Assembly: GCF_018350175.1 (NCBI RefSeq)
Contig: NC_058369.1
Span: 152,396,001-152,460,000, forward strand
Length of the DNA: 64,000 nucleotides
Direction of reading: 5' to 3'
From: Felis catus
Lineage: Eukaryota
A program made the translations under genes and the position numbers. Below the pieces are notes generated by a model that worked only from the letters and a program-made list of their open reading frames with translations, had not been told where the DNA came from and made no database searches. This document shows positions 12,236 to 23,712 of the stretch, piece after piece (positions within the stretch are counted from its first letter, which is position 1; each line of letters starts with the position of its first letter).

Positions 12236-13354
12236 TGAATGGGATCTGTGGTAAATGTGAGCTACATAATCAAATCCACATGTTACCATAAATATATATA
12301 ATACCCTCTGATAATGTTACATTATAGCTACTCTTTTAAACCACAGGAATTTTAACTTTTTTTTTAACCAAATACTAAAACTGAAACAAAAGGCTTGTTA
12401 TGTTTGACATTCTAGAAAGATCGTATGACACTGCAAAAACTATGCCACATACAAGAATGGCATGAGGTGCCTGGAAAAATGGCTCGAAGGATGGAAACTT
12501 GAATTGGCCATAAACATCAAGAATGAAAAACAACTTTCCAAAGTAAGGCTGTGGTCCAAATTCTGCTCAGGCTAGTTGACTCTGGAGAGAAAAAAGCCGG
12601 CAAAGCTCCCAAAGAGACGATCCATATCTGCATATTATTTTACCTCAGGGCAATGGCATGGCCTTGTGCCAAGAGAAGACAAAAATTCTTCTGATGATTC
12701 ATTAGAAGTGTAGTCAAAGGAGAAAATATTCCTTAACTTTTTCGAGAAGCCTCGTTCAGCCTTCCAGCAACGGAACAGCATCATTGGAGAGCCTGGACTC
12801 TGCCGAGGCTCCAGAAAAAGCTATGAGCTGTGCTCAGGTGTAGACCAAGCTTGCTCTCTGGGCCCCTTGGGTGCTCTCAATTTGGACATTACCTTCAGGA
12901 GAGAAGTCAAGGACATCTCCCCTTACCCCTAGGCCACCGTATTAAATACATGAGCGTTTGGAGAACCTGAATTCTGACTTCTGGACCTCAATCAGCCGTT
13001 AGCTTACCACACATGCCATGTTGAGCAGGTCAACTAAACTCAGTCTCCTGAGAAAATTTTCAAGAGTAACAGAAAAAAAAAAAAAAAAAACAAACCACAC
13101 GTCAAACAGAACTGGGATCAGAATCCATGTGAGAAGTCACTTAAATGAGAAAGCAAGAGTATCTTCAAAGGAAAAGAAAAACATTTAAACCATTTCATTT
13201 CTAAGACTGATCTTCGTGATGAGAGCGATTACACTATTTGGGGACCTTATTTCTCTCAGGTTATTTCCAATGATCAAGTTTCATGAAAATTCAAACAAGG
13301 CCATTGGCTTTACTAGAGTGAGAAAAAAATGCATTAAAAAAAAAGAAAAGTATG

Positions 13355-13550
13355 GGGGCACCTGTGGGGGGTGGTTCATTTGGTTGCCCTAGTGCCTCAG
13401 ACTTCAGCTCAGGTCATGATCTCACGGTTCCTGAGTTCAAGCCCCACAGGGGGCTCACTGCTGTCAGCCTGTCTGCACAGAGCCCGCTTCCGATCCTCTG
13501 TGACCTCTCTGCCTTTCCCCCACTTGCGTGCTCCAAAAAAAAAAAAAAAA
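13355..13550 (+). mobile_element. Can-SINE, diverged
   Basis: GGGGCACCTG...GACTTCAGCTCAGGTCATGATCTCACGGTTCCTGAGTTCAAGCCCC, long A tail, flanking AAAAGTAT repeat. Confidence 0.9.
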
Positions 13551-14687
13551 AAAAGTATCCTGCTGTATGTAAAGACCAAATAAGGTATGTGGAAGTTGTC
13601 AATAAATTTGTAAATTTATTACTCCAAATATCATGGAAAGAGGTCTAGAGACCCACAGAACCATGTATTATTATGTGATATAGATGTTATACTCTACATA
13701 CCGTTAAATCATGCTCATTCGCTATAATACCTCATTTAAATGTCAGGTAATACGAGTTATACGGTAACGGGATGTTGACTGGTCATTAACACAGCTCTGG
13801 CTTCCTAAATGCAAGGCGCTTGTCTCCACAAGTGACCAGCTGAAACAGAGCACCTTATGGCCCCCTACGGCTTCGGGGGAGGGTGTTCCTCATAGATTTC
13901 ACTGATGACACGAAAACTGTCCTAGAGGCGGTGCGGAAACAGTAGGGGAGGAAAGCTGGCCTTCCGAAGATGTAAGGTACAGTTAGAGAACTCACAGCGC
14001 GGAAGTTGCTTATAGCACAGAATCACGGTGGCTATTAAAATATTTAGTAAGACGTTAAAATAAAAGGGTGGTTTTTAAGATAAAATAAGAAAAAAAAATC
14101 TCATCCTCTAGTTTCAACCAGAGAGTACGAGCATGGCCGTTCTAAGGTAGCTTATATCACAAAAAGGGGGGGAAAGCGACATCCCCTCTTATTTCCTTTG
14201 AACTTCACGGGACTGCAAGTGTTTTTTAAGGCTTTGGGCTTTAAAGTGTATAATTTACTTACAAACATATGCAAGGGCGATGGAAAAGACGTGCTTTATT
14301 TTCTGTGTTGGGAGACCCTTCTTTTGTTTCCCTACCCATACCTCGTAATATCTCCACCTATCAATTAGGCTAAGCGGGCTCTGCTGTTGAATCAACTTCA
14401 CGCTGGCCTGGGATCAAGACGGGGCTTCATGATGTTATTACTTGGAAACCTTTCTCCACAGTGGCCGAATCTCCTCCCAGGCCAGTCACGCCAGCACACG
14501 CACACCACCTTTCTCAAGCTGCTAAAGCAAAATGCCTACCAGGATGAAGGATGCTAAAAGGGGAACTTTGACAACCAGCCCACCGTCCATTCGCCTGTCT
14601 CCCGCCACCTCTCCCCATCCCCTGCCACCGCTATGCTTCTGGCCTATCCCCAAACTTACAAAGCAGCTGTTAGCAGAGAAAGGAGTT

Positions 14688-14820
14688 NNNNNNNNNNNNN
14701 NNNNNNNNNNNNNNNNNNNNNNNNNNNNNNNNNNNNNNNNNNNNNNNNNNNNNNNNNNNNNNNNNNNNNNNNNNNNNNNNNNNNNNNNNNNNNNNNNNNN
14801 NNNNNNNNNNNNNNNNNNNN
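14688..14820. other. Assembly gap (133 N); further gaps at 31121-31256, 33432-33661, 38853-39094, 39137-39289, 40497-40628 and 54358-54521
   Basis: Runs of N; three of them fall inside SINE or L1 copies. Confidence 0.99.
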
Positions 14821-15039
14821 TTGTATGGTAAGTGGGAGTGGAATCCATTTCTTGCTTTCAAAACGTTAATTAGAAAACATCAACTCGAAAAGTAAGGATC
14901 CGGGAAATTTCGTAAAATAAAATACACCCTCGCTTTACAGGAGTGAACCACCAAGTTCAAGTGCCTGTGAACAAGGCAGTTATTATTAAAGTCAGCATTC
15001 AACTGAGAGCCGGGTCTAAGGTGTGCCTTCTAAACTTTG

Positions 15040-16180
15040 GACTTGACCATTTCTAGGGCCGGTCCTGGGCGGGCGGGCGGGCAGGACAAGGAGCGTCGCT
15101 GCTCGGGGAGAGATTCTAAAGGTCCCCCGGGCTGGGAGCAGCAGCCCCGCCCATACCCACAAGAGCCAGCGGAGAACCCGCAGCTGGCCAGCCCAGGTGC
15201 CAGCGGAGAAAGGCCGGGAAAACGAGCCCGGCTTGCTCGGGCGCCTCCCTTCCTCTCACTTCTCTCGCAGCCACGGACACACCTCCCAAGGCAGGTTTCA
15301 GGAACGCGAAGCCCCGGCACGGTCCCCAGCTGGAAGCGGGCACACTGTCCGGACGCACGCACCCCACGGCCAAAGCCGCTCTCCTCCCACTCACCCACGG
15401 CCCCCGGACTCCCAGACCCGGCTCCCCCCGGATGCGCCCCAGCTGGCGTCCTCCGGAGCAAATCCGTTTTGGAGGCAGCCCCCCCTCCCCCAGCCAAGAC
15501 GCCGGGCAGCCTCTCCCCGCTCCCCGCGCCGGCGGCGGCCGGCGCCCGCGCAAGCGGGCGACGGTCAAGGCGCGCGGCCCGGGGCTGCCGCGGAGAACCG
15601 CGCGGCTCCCCACTTACTTGGAGTTGCGAACGCCGCACGCGCCCGGGCTGCCTTTGTTGAACGGGGCGAGGCTGTGCGCTCGGTCCGGTGCCGGTGGCCG
15701 CTGCCCGCGCGCGGCTGCTGCGTGCGCCCTCCCTCCCGGACGGTGACGCCCCCGGGGGTCCCGCTTCCCTGTCCCCGCTTCGGCGGGTCCTCCGCTCTGC
15801 GGCTCCCTCGGCGGGGTTTGGGACCGGCGGGCGGGGAAGCCGGTCCTGCCTCTGCCTGCGCTGCGCCCTGCCGGGGAGGGAACGGAAGGCAAATGGAGAA
15901 GGGGAGGGATGAGCGGAGCGGGCAGGGCGAGGACGCAGGCTGGGCGAGGGAGGGAGCGCGCCTTTCCCTCGCGAGCTGATTGGGAAGCTCATTAAAGGCA
16001 GGAGTCTCCGGGGCCGCGCTCTCCCCGGCACGGGTTGGAGCCGGGAGATGAAACGGTGTTTTGTTTTTAGCAGGTGTTTTGTTTTTGTTTTAGCACCACC
16101 TCTCTTTTCCAAACTTTATGCCTGACCTGTGTTTTCGGTGGGCGCACACCCCGTAGCAAGGGTCGCTTCGATGGACAGCT
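15040..16180 (-). promoter_or_regulatory. CpG island / promoter of a minus-strand gene
   Basis: About 1.1 kb of very GC-rich, CpG-dense sequence in an otherwise CpG-depleted window; multiple GGGCGG boxes; CCAATCAG on the minus strand near 15976-15983; CTCGCGAG palindrome at 15968-15975. Confidence 0.92.
15618..15930 (-). other. Probable non-coding first exon (5' boundary approximate)
   Basis: Consensus donor GCAACTCCAA|GTAAGTG at 15618/15617 inside the CpG island, about 360 bp downstream of the CCAAT box; no ATG seen on the minus strand in this span. Confidence 0.7.
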
Positions 16181-16206
16181 GATAGCATATGAGGATACCA
16201 TTTTGG
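16105..16206 (+). repeat. Source copy of a 102-bp local duplication
   Basis: 95/102 identical to 17929-18030 by manual alignment, no indels; retains 5 CpGs. Confidence 0.97.
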
Positions 16207-17648
16207 CCCCAGGCTTTTTGTTTGTTTTGCTTTTTAATGATATTCGGGATGAAAAAGCCCAATCTTCAAAAGGACACTCTCATTCCTCCCCACGCTCAAA
16301 ACCCCTCCCCTGCACCCAGCTCCGGTTTCTTCAGCTGTCAGTCCTGTCCCACCTGCGCGTCACAAATGTGAGCAGTCCTTTCTTGCGCTTGTCACAAAGA
16401 GTGACAGATGTCTGAAGGTTCCCAATTAAATTTCACTTTCCTTTAGGGGGCTTTTCCTTTTTGGGCTTCCTTGGTGCCTTTAGTGACCTATTTAGTGACA
16501 TGTCTTTGACACCCAAGAGTTTTGGGGGCTTAAGGTAGCTCAAACTCTGGGCTTTGTAAAACTCAGAGGCTGCGCTGGGTGGCTTTCTAGATTTCCGTAA
16601 AGTTTCATTGAGAAACGGTGCTAAGGTAATACAGCTGGGGTTGTTTGAATAACACATAGATGGATATTTTTGATACAGATGTGACAAAAGTATTGCATTA
16701 CTAATTCCGGAGTGTAAAACAAATTTCCCCCAACATTTCAAGAAGGAACTTTTGAGATTTTCTGGTACTCATCGGTTCTTGCCTCCCGTTACTTCCTTGA
16801 AGCTCATCGTTTGATGGCATCCTCCCCGAATGGTGGCAAAATATACTTCCATCTTCCCCAGTTCCCAGGTTGCATCCCTTCAATCTGATAAATATCTACT
16901 AAGCGACTCGTATAACTCTTAATGTGGACATTTGCTTAGAACCATACCAAACCCCTAAATTAGAAGCATTGTTTTGTGGCAAGTAGTTCTTAGAAACTTT
17001 GGGCTCTTACGTTGACTGCTACCTGGACAGACGTCCCATGAAGGCGCCGGCTAGGGACAAAGAGGTATCTCTGCAAGTAGACCTTTTAATCAGTTATTTA
17101 TTATTTTTTTCAAAAGGGGAGGCATCAGAGATTCACATGTAAGCCTCCTGTTTATCCCCGTAACCAAACTCTTCATACACAGGCCACGCACCATCCTAAA
17201 GCAAAATAAATTAATAAGGAGCTGTCTTCCCTCCACATTGCAGATTTCATGTTGCCCCTCTGCCTTTTAGGATTCCCTTTTCCCAATGATGTAGCAGTGT
17301 TGGTTTTAGTGTGGTTTCACCTGCGTGAACCGTGAAGGAATGCCCATTGTTATTTATTAGGTTTATTTTTTGCCAAGGCTCTTTCCTGAAAGAGACTTCT
17401 CCACATTCGCTGTCACTCCGGCAGGTAGAGTTTCTGGGCCTTTAAACAAGGGGTCATCCCTCTTCCATTTCTTCCTAAACTTCATCTAAACATTTGCAAA
17501 TGTAACATGTTGCTGCCAGTTAGGACAGTGCTTCTCTGCAGGGTTGATACAGTGAACATGACATGCCCATGATTTGGATACAATTACATGAATTGAATCC
17601 AAAATGCAACACTTTATTCAGCTAGGAATATATGAAGATTATTTACAT

Positions 17649-17853
17649 CAGTGGTTCTCAACCAGGAACAGTGTTGCCCTCCAGGTGACATCTGACAATG
17701 TCTGGAGACATTTTTGGTTGTCACAGCTTGGGAGAGGGGGTTGCAACAGGTGTCTAGGAGGCAGAGGCCATTACCTTGTGGTGCACAGAACAGCCCCCAC
17801 GGCAGAGAATTATTTGTCCCACGATGTTAATAACGCCGAGATTAAGAAACCCT
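17649..17853 (+). mobile_element. MER20 (hAT-Charlie) non-autonomous DNA transposon
   Basis: CAGTGGTTCTCAACC...GACAATGTCTGGAGACATTTTTGGTTGTCACA...AGAATTAT...GCCGAGATTAAGAAACCCT matches the MER20 consensus as I recall it. Confidence 0.9.
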
Positions 17854-17910
17854 AACTAAATTACTAACCATCATATTTTGTTTCATATAATGGAATATTA
17901 TATGAAGTTC

Positions 17911-18059
17911 AAGTTCAAGGAGAAGATATTTTCCAAACTTTATGCCTGACCTGTGTTTTAGGTGGGTGCACACCCCATAGCAAGGACCACTTCAATGGAC
18001 AGCTGATAGCATATGAGGATACCATTTTGGTATCCAAAGTTCAAGGAGAAGATATTTTC
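17911..18059 (+). repeat. Inserted copy of the 102-bp segment, flanked by 23-bp direct repeats
   Basis: AAGTTCAAGGAGAAGATATTTTC at 17911-17933 and 18037-18059; copy at 17929-18030; 6-bp filler TATCCA. Confidence 0.95.
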
Positions 18060-18134
18060 AAGTGCTCTCTCAAGTGGTCACTCCACATCCAACCTACAGC
18101 ATCAGTTGGGTCTGCTGATTCAAGATTTCAAGTC

Positions 18135-18990
18135 ATTCTATTCATTTCGTCAACATTCTTTGAAGACTCAAGGGTTGTTTTGGGGGTTTTTTCAGTTTTT
18201 TTTAAATGTTTATTTATTTTTGAGAGAGAAACAGAGTACGAGCAGGGGAGGGGCAGAGAGAGAGAGGGAGACACAGAATCCGAAGCAGGCTCCAGGCTCT
18301 GAGCTGTCAGCATAGAGCCCGATGCCGGGCTCACACTCACAAACTGTGAGACCATGACCTGAGCTGAAGTTGGATGCTCAACCGACTGAGCCACCCGGGT
18401 GCCCCTTGAAGACTCAAGTTTTTGAGTGAACAGAGCTATGAACAAGAACAGATAAACATTCCTACTATGCTTTAGTTTACATTTTTGTTTACATAAATAA
18501 ACAATTAATTACATTTTAAAAAGATGTGAGAAGTGCCGTGGGAAAAAAAAAAATAAGACAATGAAGGAAGATAAAATTGCCAATTTGGGAGAGGAAAGGC
18601 TCCCTGGGGTGAAAACTGAGCAAAGACTTAAAAGAACTCAGGGAGTTGGCCAAATAAATATTTGGGATGAGAATTACCAGGCAAAGGGACCGGTCAGTGC
18701 AAAGGCCCTGGGGTCTTTGCCCTTGCCCCGTGTGTTAGAGGACCAGGAAGGAGGCCACTGTGGAAGGAACCTGGTGGGTGAAGATAGGCATCCAGGCCAG
18801 GCAAGTAATGGGTCAGATCATGCACGACTTGGTCTAACGTAAGAAATTCTACTTTTGCTCTCAGCGAGGTGGGAAGCCATTGAGAGTGATAAAATCTGAT
18901 TGATTTATGATGGTCTGTGGTGAAAAGACCACAGGTGGGTAAGGAAGAAAGCAGAAACCCCAGAGAGGAGGCTACTGCGGTAATCCACTG
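18135..18990 (-). mobile_element. LINE-2 3' fragment, interrupted by a Can-SINE
   Basis: (ATTC)n-like tail ATTCTATTCATTTCGTCAACA; L2-typical CCAGGCAAAGGGACCGGTCAGTGCAAAGGCCCTG, GGGAAGCCATTG and GAGGCTACTGCGGTAATCCA. Confidence 0.75.
18173..18405 (-). mobile_element. Can-SINE
   Basis: Reverse-complement SINE body; TSD TTGAAGACTCAAG at 18160-18172 and 18406-18418. Confidence 0.95.
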
Positions 18991-21084
18991 TCCGAACTTC
19001 TCCATGTCTCTTGTGGGGAATGGCTAATCACTGACACCCTTTCACACTTCCTCTGCCCCCAGAAGCTCCCCAGTGCGTCTTGGTAAGGCCCGCCCCTCCC
19101 TGCTCCCTGCCGGTGCCCAGCCCTTCCAGGTGTAGTTACTGAGCCCCCGCACGAATGCTACATGATTAGCCAATGCAAGACCATCGAAAGCCATAGAAAT
19201 TATAACATATCCTAAGGGTGTTTTGGAAAACGAGGCCACTGATTTTGCGGTGACGAATACAAGAAGTGTGATCAGCACGGAGTGAAAAAATGTGAAGGGA
19301 CCTGATGAAAACTTTGTCAGAGTGTCTCTTGGATTTTGCCTGCCTGGCAGGACGTTTAGGCTCTTGATCACCATTCCGGGTGCTGCAAGATCCCTACAAG
19401 GCAAAAGCAGAATCCAGCAGGCTCACGCAGCGCGACAGAAGGCCCATTAACACACTTCTCTTCCTGTCTCTGAACTATTCCAAAGGTAATTTGTAAAACA
19501 ACTTTGTTTTTTCTTAATCACCGTGACTAGATTCCAACTTCTCTATTTGATCATTTTTGTAAGGATTATGCTATTTTGTTTTTCAGAAAACTCAGCTAAA
19601 AATGGCTTAAATATTTTGGGACTTTGCCTCAAACGAGACAGGTTGGTAAAATCAGGGTTTCAAAGCCTTCAAGGACCAGGTGTTTCCATGTTTTGACTCC
19701 GCAGTGGGTTCAATTCGGTTCAATTCGTGAACCAAGGCTTTTCAATAGGGTTTCAAGGAGCTTCAGGCGTATCTGGCTTCAAGTAAAGAAGGCCCAGACC
19801 CCAGGGGACCCCAGTCACGTGGCCACACAGCTCACGCCAGCAAAAGGAAGGGGTAGAACGGATTTGGGAAGCAACCCACCATGCCTGTAAATTTTATGAA
19901 TTCACCCTTGATCAATCAGGCTGTTCTGAATCTAAGTGTTGTGAATGTAAGCCCCTCAACCTCGCCCTTCTCATCAAGAGCTGCTAAAATATCAAGGTTC
20001 TAAAGTGACAAAGCTCAGGAGCTGGCCTTGGGCCTCATTCACACTCCCCCAGAAAATCAAGCCTGAAACACCCAAAAGAGTTTGAGCACCCATTACAAGA
20101 AAATAAAATCTACCCACCTATCTCCCTCAGGGGCATAAATGCAGAAGCCCTTAACCCATATCATCAAATCAATGCCTGTAATGTGTAAAAAAAAAAAAAA
20201 AAAAAATAGAAGACTGTAGGTCAGATTGGATGTTTGTACCTGGAACACAAGTTTGGTTTTTCACGTGAAAATCAAACAACATAATTCACTATATTAACAG
20301 AATAATTAGAGGAGCAAAAGGAACACATTTACCTAGACAGGGAAAAGCACTAGAAAGAACTCAACACCCATTCGTGATAAAAATTCTCAGCAACTTAAGA
20401 ATATAACTGAACATCTTTGTTCTGGTAAGGCACGTCTGCAGAAAACCCCTAGCTAATGTGACACTTTCTCGCGAAAGTGAATGCTTTCCATCAAAGACTC
20501 AGAACAAGGCAAAAATTACCATTCCTACCACTTTTATGTGATGTTGTGCTGGAGATATTAGCCAGTAAAATGAGGCCAGAAAAAAAGAAGTAAAAATAAT
20601 GGAAGGAGGTGTATATATATATATCATATATGTATGATATATGTAGAGAGAGACAATTGTCAGTAATTCATAGAAAAGCATCTAGAACTATTAAGTGCCC
20701 TTACCTAGATACAAGTTCAAATTATAAAGGTCAATTTTATTTCTATATTCTAGCAATTAATCAGTGGAAAAAATAAATATTAACACATGTATCTCAAAAG
20801 CATAAACTACTAGTGAGATAAATTTCACAAAACATGTCCAAGGCTTAGACACTGAAAAACACCAAACATTTCTGATGGAAATTATAGGACACAGAAATAA
20901 ATGGGAGAGATTCATTGTGTTCATCAATCTGAAACTTAAAAACTGTTAGGATGTAAATTCTCTCTATCTTTATCTACAGATTCAGTGTAAGCCAAACCGA
21001 ATCCCAACAGATTTTCCAATTGATGTTGACAGACTGGTAACATCTCGATGGCCGTGCAAAGGATCTCAAGTAGGCAAACCATTT

Positions 21085-21305
21085 AAAAAAATTTTTTTTT
21101 CTTAAGTTTATTTATTTTTGAGACAGAGAGAGACAGAGCATGAATGGGGGAGGGGCAGAGAGAGAGGGAGACACAGAATCTGAAACAGGCTCCAGGCTCT
21201 GAGCTGTCAGCACAGAGCCCGACGCGGGGCTCGAACTCACAGACTGTGAGATCGTGACCTGAGCTGAAGTCGGACGCTTAACCGACTGAGCCACCCAGGC
21301 GCCCC
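21085..21305 (-). mobile_element. Can-SINE nested in L1
   Basis: Well-preserved body; TSD GGCAAACCATTT at 21073-21084 and 21306-21317. Confidence 0.97.
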
Positions 21306-21899
21306 GGCAAACCATTTTTTAAATAAAGAACAAAGATGGAGGACTCACACTGCTTGATATCGAGTCCCAGAAAAAGGCTAAAATAATCAAGATTATTGTG
21401 CAATCCTGGCGTAAAGACAGACTTCTAGATCAATGGAGAACAAAACCGTCAACTTACAAATAGACTCGAACATATTTCACGGGGAAAGGATCGTCATTCC
21501 AACAAACGGTCCCAAAAGAACTGAATATTCATGTGGAAAAAATAAATGTCTACACTCCAGAGAAAAAAAAAAAAAACTCAAGATGGATTGTGGATCCAAA
21601 GGAAAAGCAAATGCTGTACAATTTTTGGAGAAAATAATAGGAGAACATCTTTGTTAACTTGGGTAGGAAAAGGTTTCTTAGAAAAAATATAAAAAGCACA
21701 AAGTGTTATTAAAATGCCGATGACTTTCATAAAAATTAAAAGTCTATTCTTTGAAAGTTACCACTGCAAATAATACTAAGGCAATCCTGAGAATGCAGAT
21801 ATTCTCAAACACATATCTGACAAAGATTGTGATCCAGGATATTAAAGACTTCATGTAACTAAATAATCAGAAGTCAGTGCAATATTTAAAAATGGTCAA

Positions 21900-22124
21900 G
21901 GGGCACCTGGGTGACTCAGCCAGTTAAGCCTTTGACTTCAGCTCAGATTATGATCTCATGGCTCATGAGTTCAAGCCCTGCATGGGGCTCTGTGCTGACA
22001 GCTCAGAGCCTGGAGCCTGCTTCAGATTCTGTGTCTCCCTCTCTCTCTGCTCCTCCCCTGCTCGCACTCTGTCTCTCTCTCCCTCAAAGATAAACATTTA
22101 AAAAATAAAAATAAATAAATAAAT
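21900..22124 (+). mobile_element. Can-SINE nested in L1
   Basis: GGGGCACCTGGGTGACTCAG head; flanking AATGGTCAA repeat at 21891-21899 and 22125-22133. Confidence 0.95.
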
Positions 22125-22302
22125 AATGGTCAAATGATCTCCACAGACACTTCACAAAAAAACAAAAAAATTCATAAGTCCCAATCAGCATCTGAAAAAA
22201 TTCTTCACATCATTTTCCTTGTCAAGGAAATGCAAACTAAAACCCAGTGAGATACCACCGCATACCTACTGAAAGAGCTAAAATTAAAAAGACTGACAAT
22301 CC

Positions 22303-22510
22303 TGGCAAGCCTGGGTGGCTCAGTTGGTTAAGTGTCTGACTCTTGATTTCGGCTCAGGTCATGATCTCACCATTCACGAGTTTGAGCCCTGTGTCAGACT
22401 CCACACTGGGCATGGAACCTGCTTGAGACCCCCCCCCCCCCTCTCTCTCTCTGCCCTTCCCTCACTCATGCTCTTTCTCTCTCTCTCTCCTTAATAATAA
22501 TAATAATAAT
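22303..22510 (+). mobile_element. Can-SINE of an older subfamily, with (TAA)n tail, nested in L1
   Basis: GACTCTTGATTTCGGCTCAGG variant; TSD AGACTGACAATCC at 22290-22302 and 22511-22523. Confidence 0.93.
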
Positions 22511-23124
22511 AGACTGACAATCCCAAGTATCAGTGGGAGTATAATATAAAACGGTACAACCACTTTGGAAAATAGTTTAGCAGCTGCTCATAACTCAACC
22601 TACATCTACCATCTATCCAGGCTTCTCCCTGTTGGGGTACGTACTCAAGTTGAATGCAGATACGTGTCCCACACACTTTTGTGCACCTAAATGTCCACAT
22701 AGTGTCCTTATCTAGAATAGCCCCAAACTGGAAATCCGTCAACTGATGAATGTGTTGAGAAACTCTGAGAGATCCCATTCACTGAGACATTATTCAGAAA
22801 TAAAAGAATAAATGTCGAAACCTGCAACAACATAGACTAACTGCAAAGACATTACACTGAGCCAAACAAACAGACACTTGTGAGCACATGCTGGGTGATT
22901 CCATTATATGACATTACAGAAAAAGAATCTACATTGACAAAAAAGTTGAGGTTGGAGAGCTGGGTAGAACCACGAGATATTCTACTGACATGGTGATTAC
23001 ACAGAAATATACATTTGTCAAGAATCATCGAACTGTACGCCTTACATGGGTATTTTTTATTGTATATGACTAAAATCATTGGATGTACCTCAATAGAGTT
23101 TATTTATAAAAGAAAATAAAGAGA

Positions 23125-23372
23125 TAGCGTGGCATAGTGTTTAACCGCATTGGCTCCAGTCCGATTGCCTGTTTTCAAAGCTTAGCTCTTTCACTTACTG
23201 GCTGTGTGACCTTTGGTGAGTTACTTGACCGCTCTGGGCCTTGGTTTACCATTTGTGAAGTGAGGATAATAACAGTGCCCGCCTTACAAGTTTGCTAAGA
23301 AACTTTAAGATTTTAACATGTTCAGAACATTACTCGCTAATTAATAAACACCATACAATCATTTGTTACATT
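23125..23372 (+). mobile_element. MIR relic, near full length
   Basis: AGCGTGGCATAGTGTTTAA...CACTTACTGGCTGTGTGACCTTTGGTGAGTTACTTGACCGCTCTGGGCCTTGGTTTACCATTTGTGAAGTGAGGATAATAACAGT. Confidence 0.85.
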
Positions 23373-23492
23373 AACAAAGCCTCTTTAAAATCACCACACT
23401 AAATTCTGGGCCAGACAGTGCATTAAATTAGGAGTCGACGCATATAAAAACAAGCTGTATCTTAAGACTTTCAAAAGTAAACTCCTTTATTT

Positions 23493-23712
23493 TTTTTTAA
23501 ATTTTTTATTATTTTTAAAAGTTTTTATTTGCTTAATTTTGAGAGAAAGAGAGAGGGAGGGAGGGAGGGGCAGACAGAGAAGGAGAGAATCCCAAGCAGG
23601 CTCCACATAGTGCAGAGCCTGATGTGGGGCTTGATCCCAGGAACCGTGAGATCATGACCAGAGCCAAAATCAAGAGTCGGACGCTTAACCACCTGAGCCA
23701 CGCAGACGCCCC
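23493..23712 (-). mobile_element. Can-SINE, older subfamily
   Basis: Reverse-complement body containing AAATCAAGAGTCGGACGCTTAACC; flanking TAA(A/G)CTCCTTTATTT repeat. Confidence 0.93.

Larger units (their letters stand above)
20210..23120 (+). mobile_element. Ancient 5'-truncated LINE-1 (L1M-type), degenerate ORF2 plus 3' UTR, split by three SINEs
   Basis: Broken ORF2 peptides: TQHPFVIKIL (cf. IQHPFMIKTL) near 20360, KPLANVTL (cf. KPTANIIL) near 20445, EMQTK...VRYH (cf. EMQIK...MRYH) near 22230-22260; many stops and frameshifts; L1M-like 3' UTR. Confidence 0.9.

Noticed and set aside
15030-16112. Long ORFs (360, 260, 207 and 165 aa) on both strands
   Set aside because: They overlap in several frames within the CpG island, where stop codons are rare. 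The products are Arg/Pro/Gly/Ala low-complexity with no recognisable domain, and the longest reads through the splice donor.
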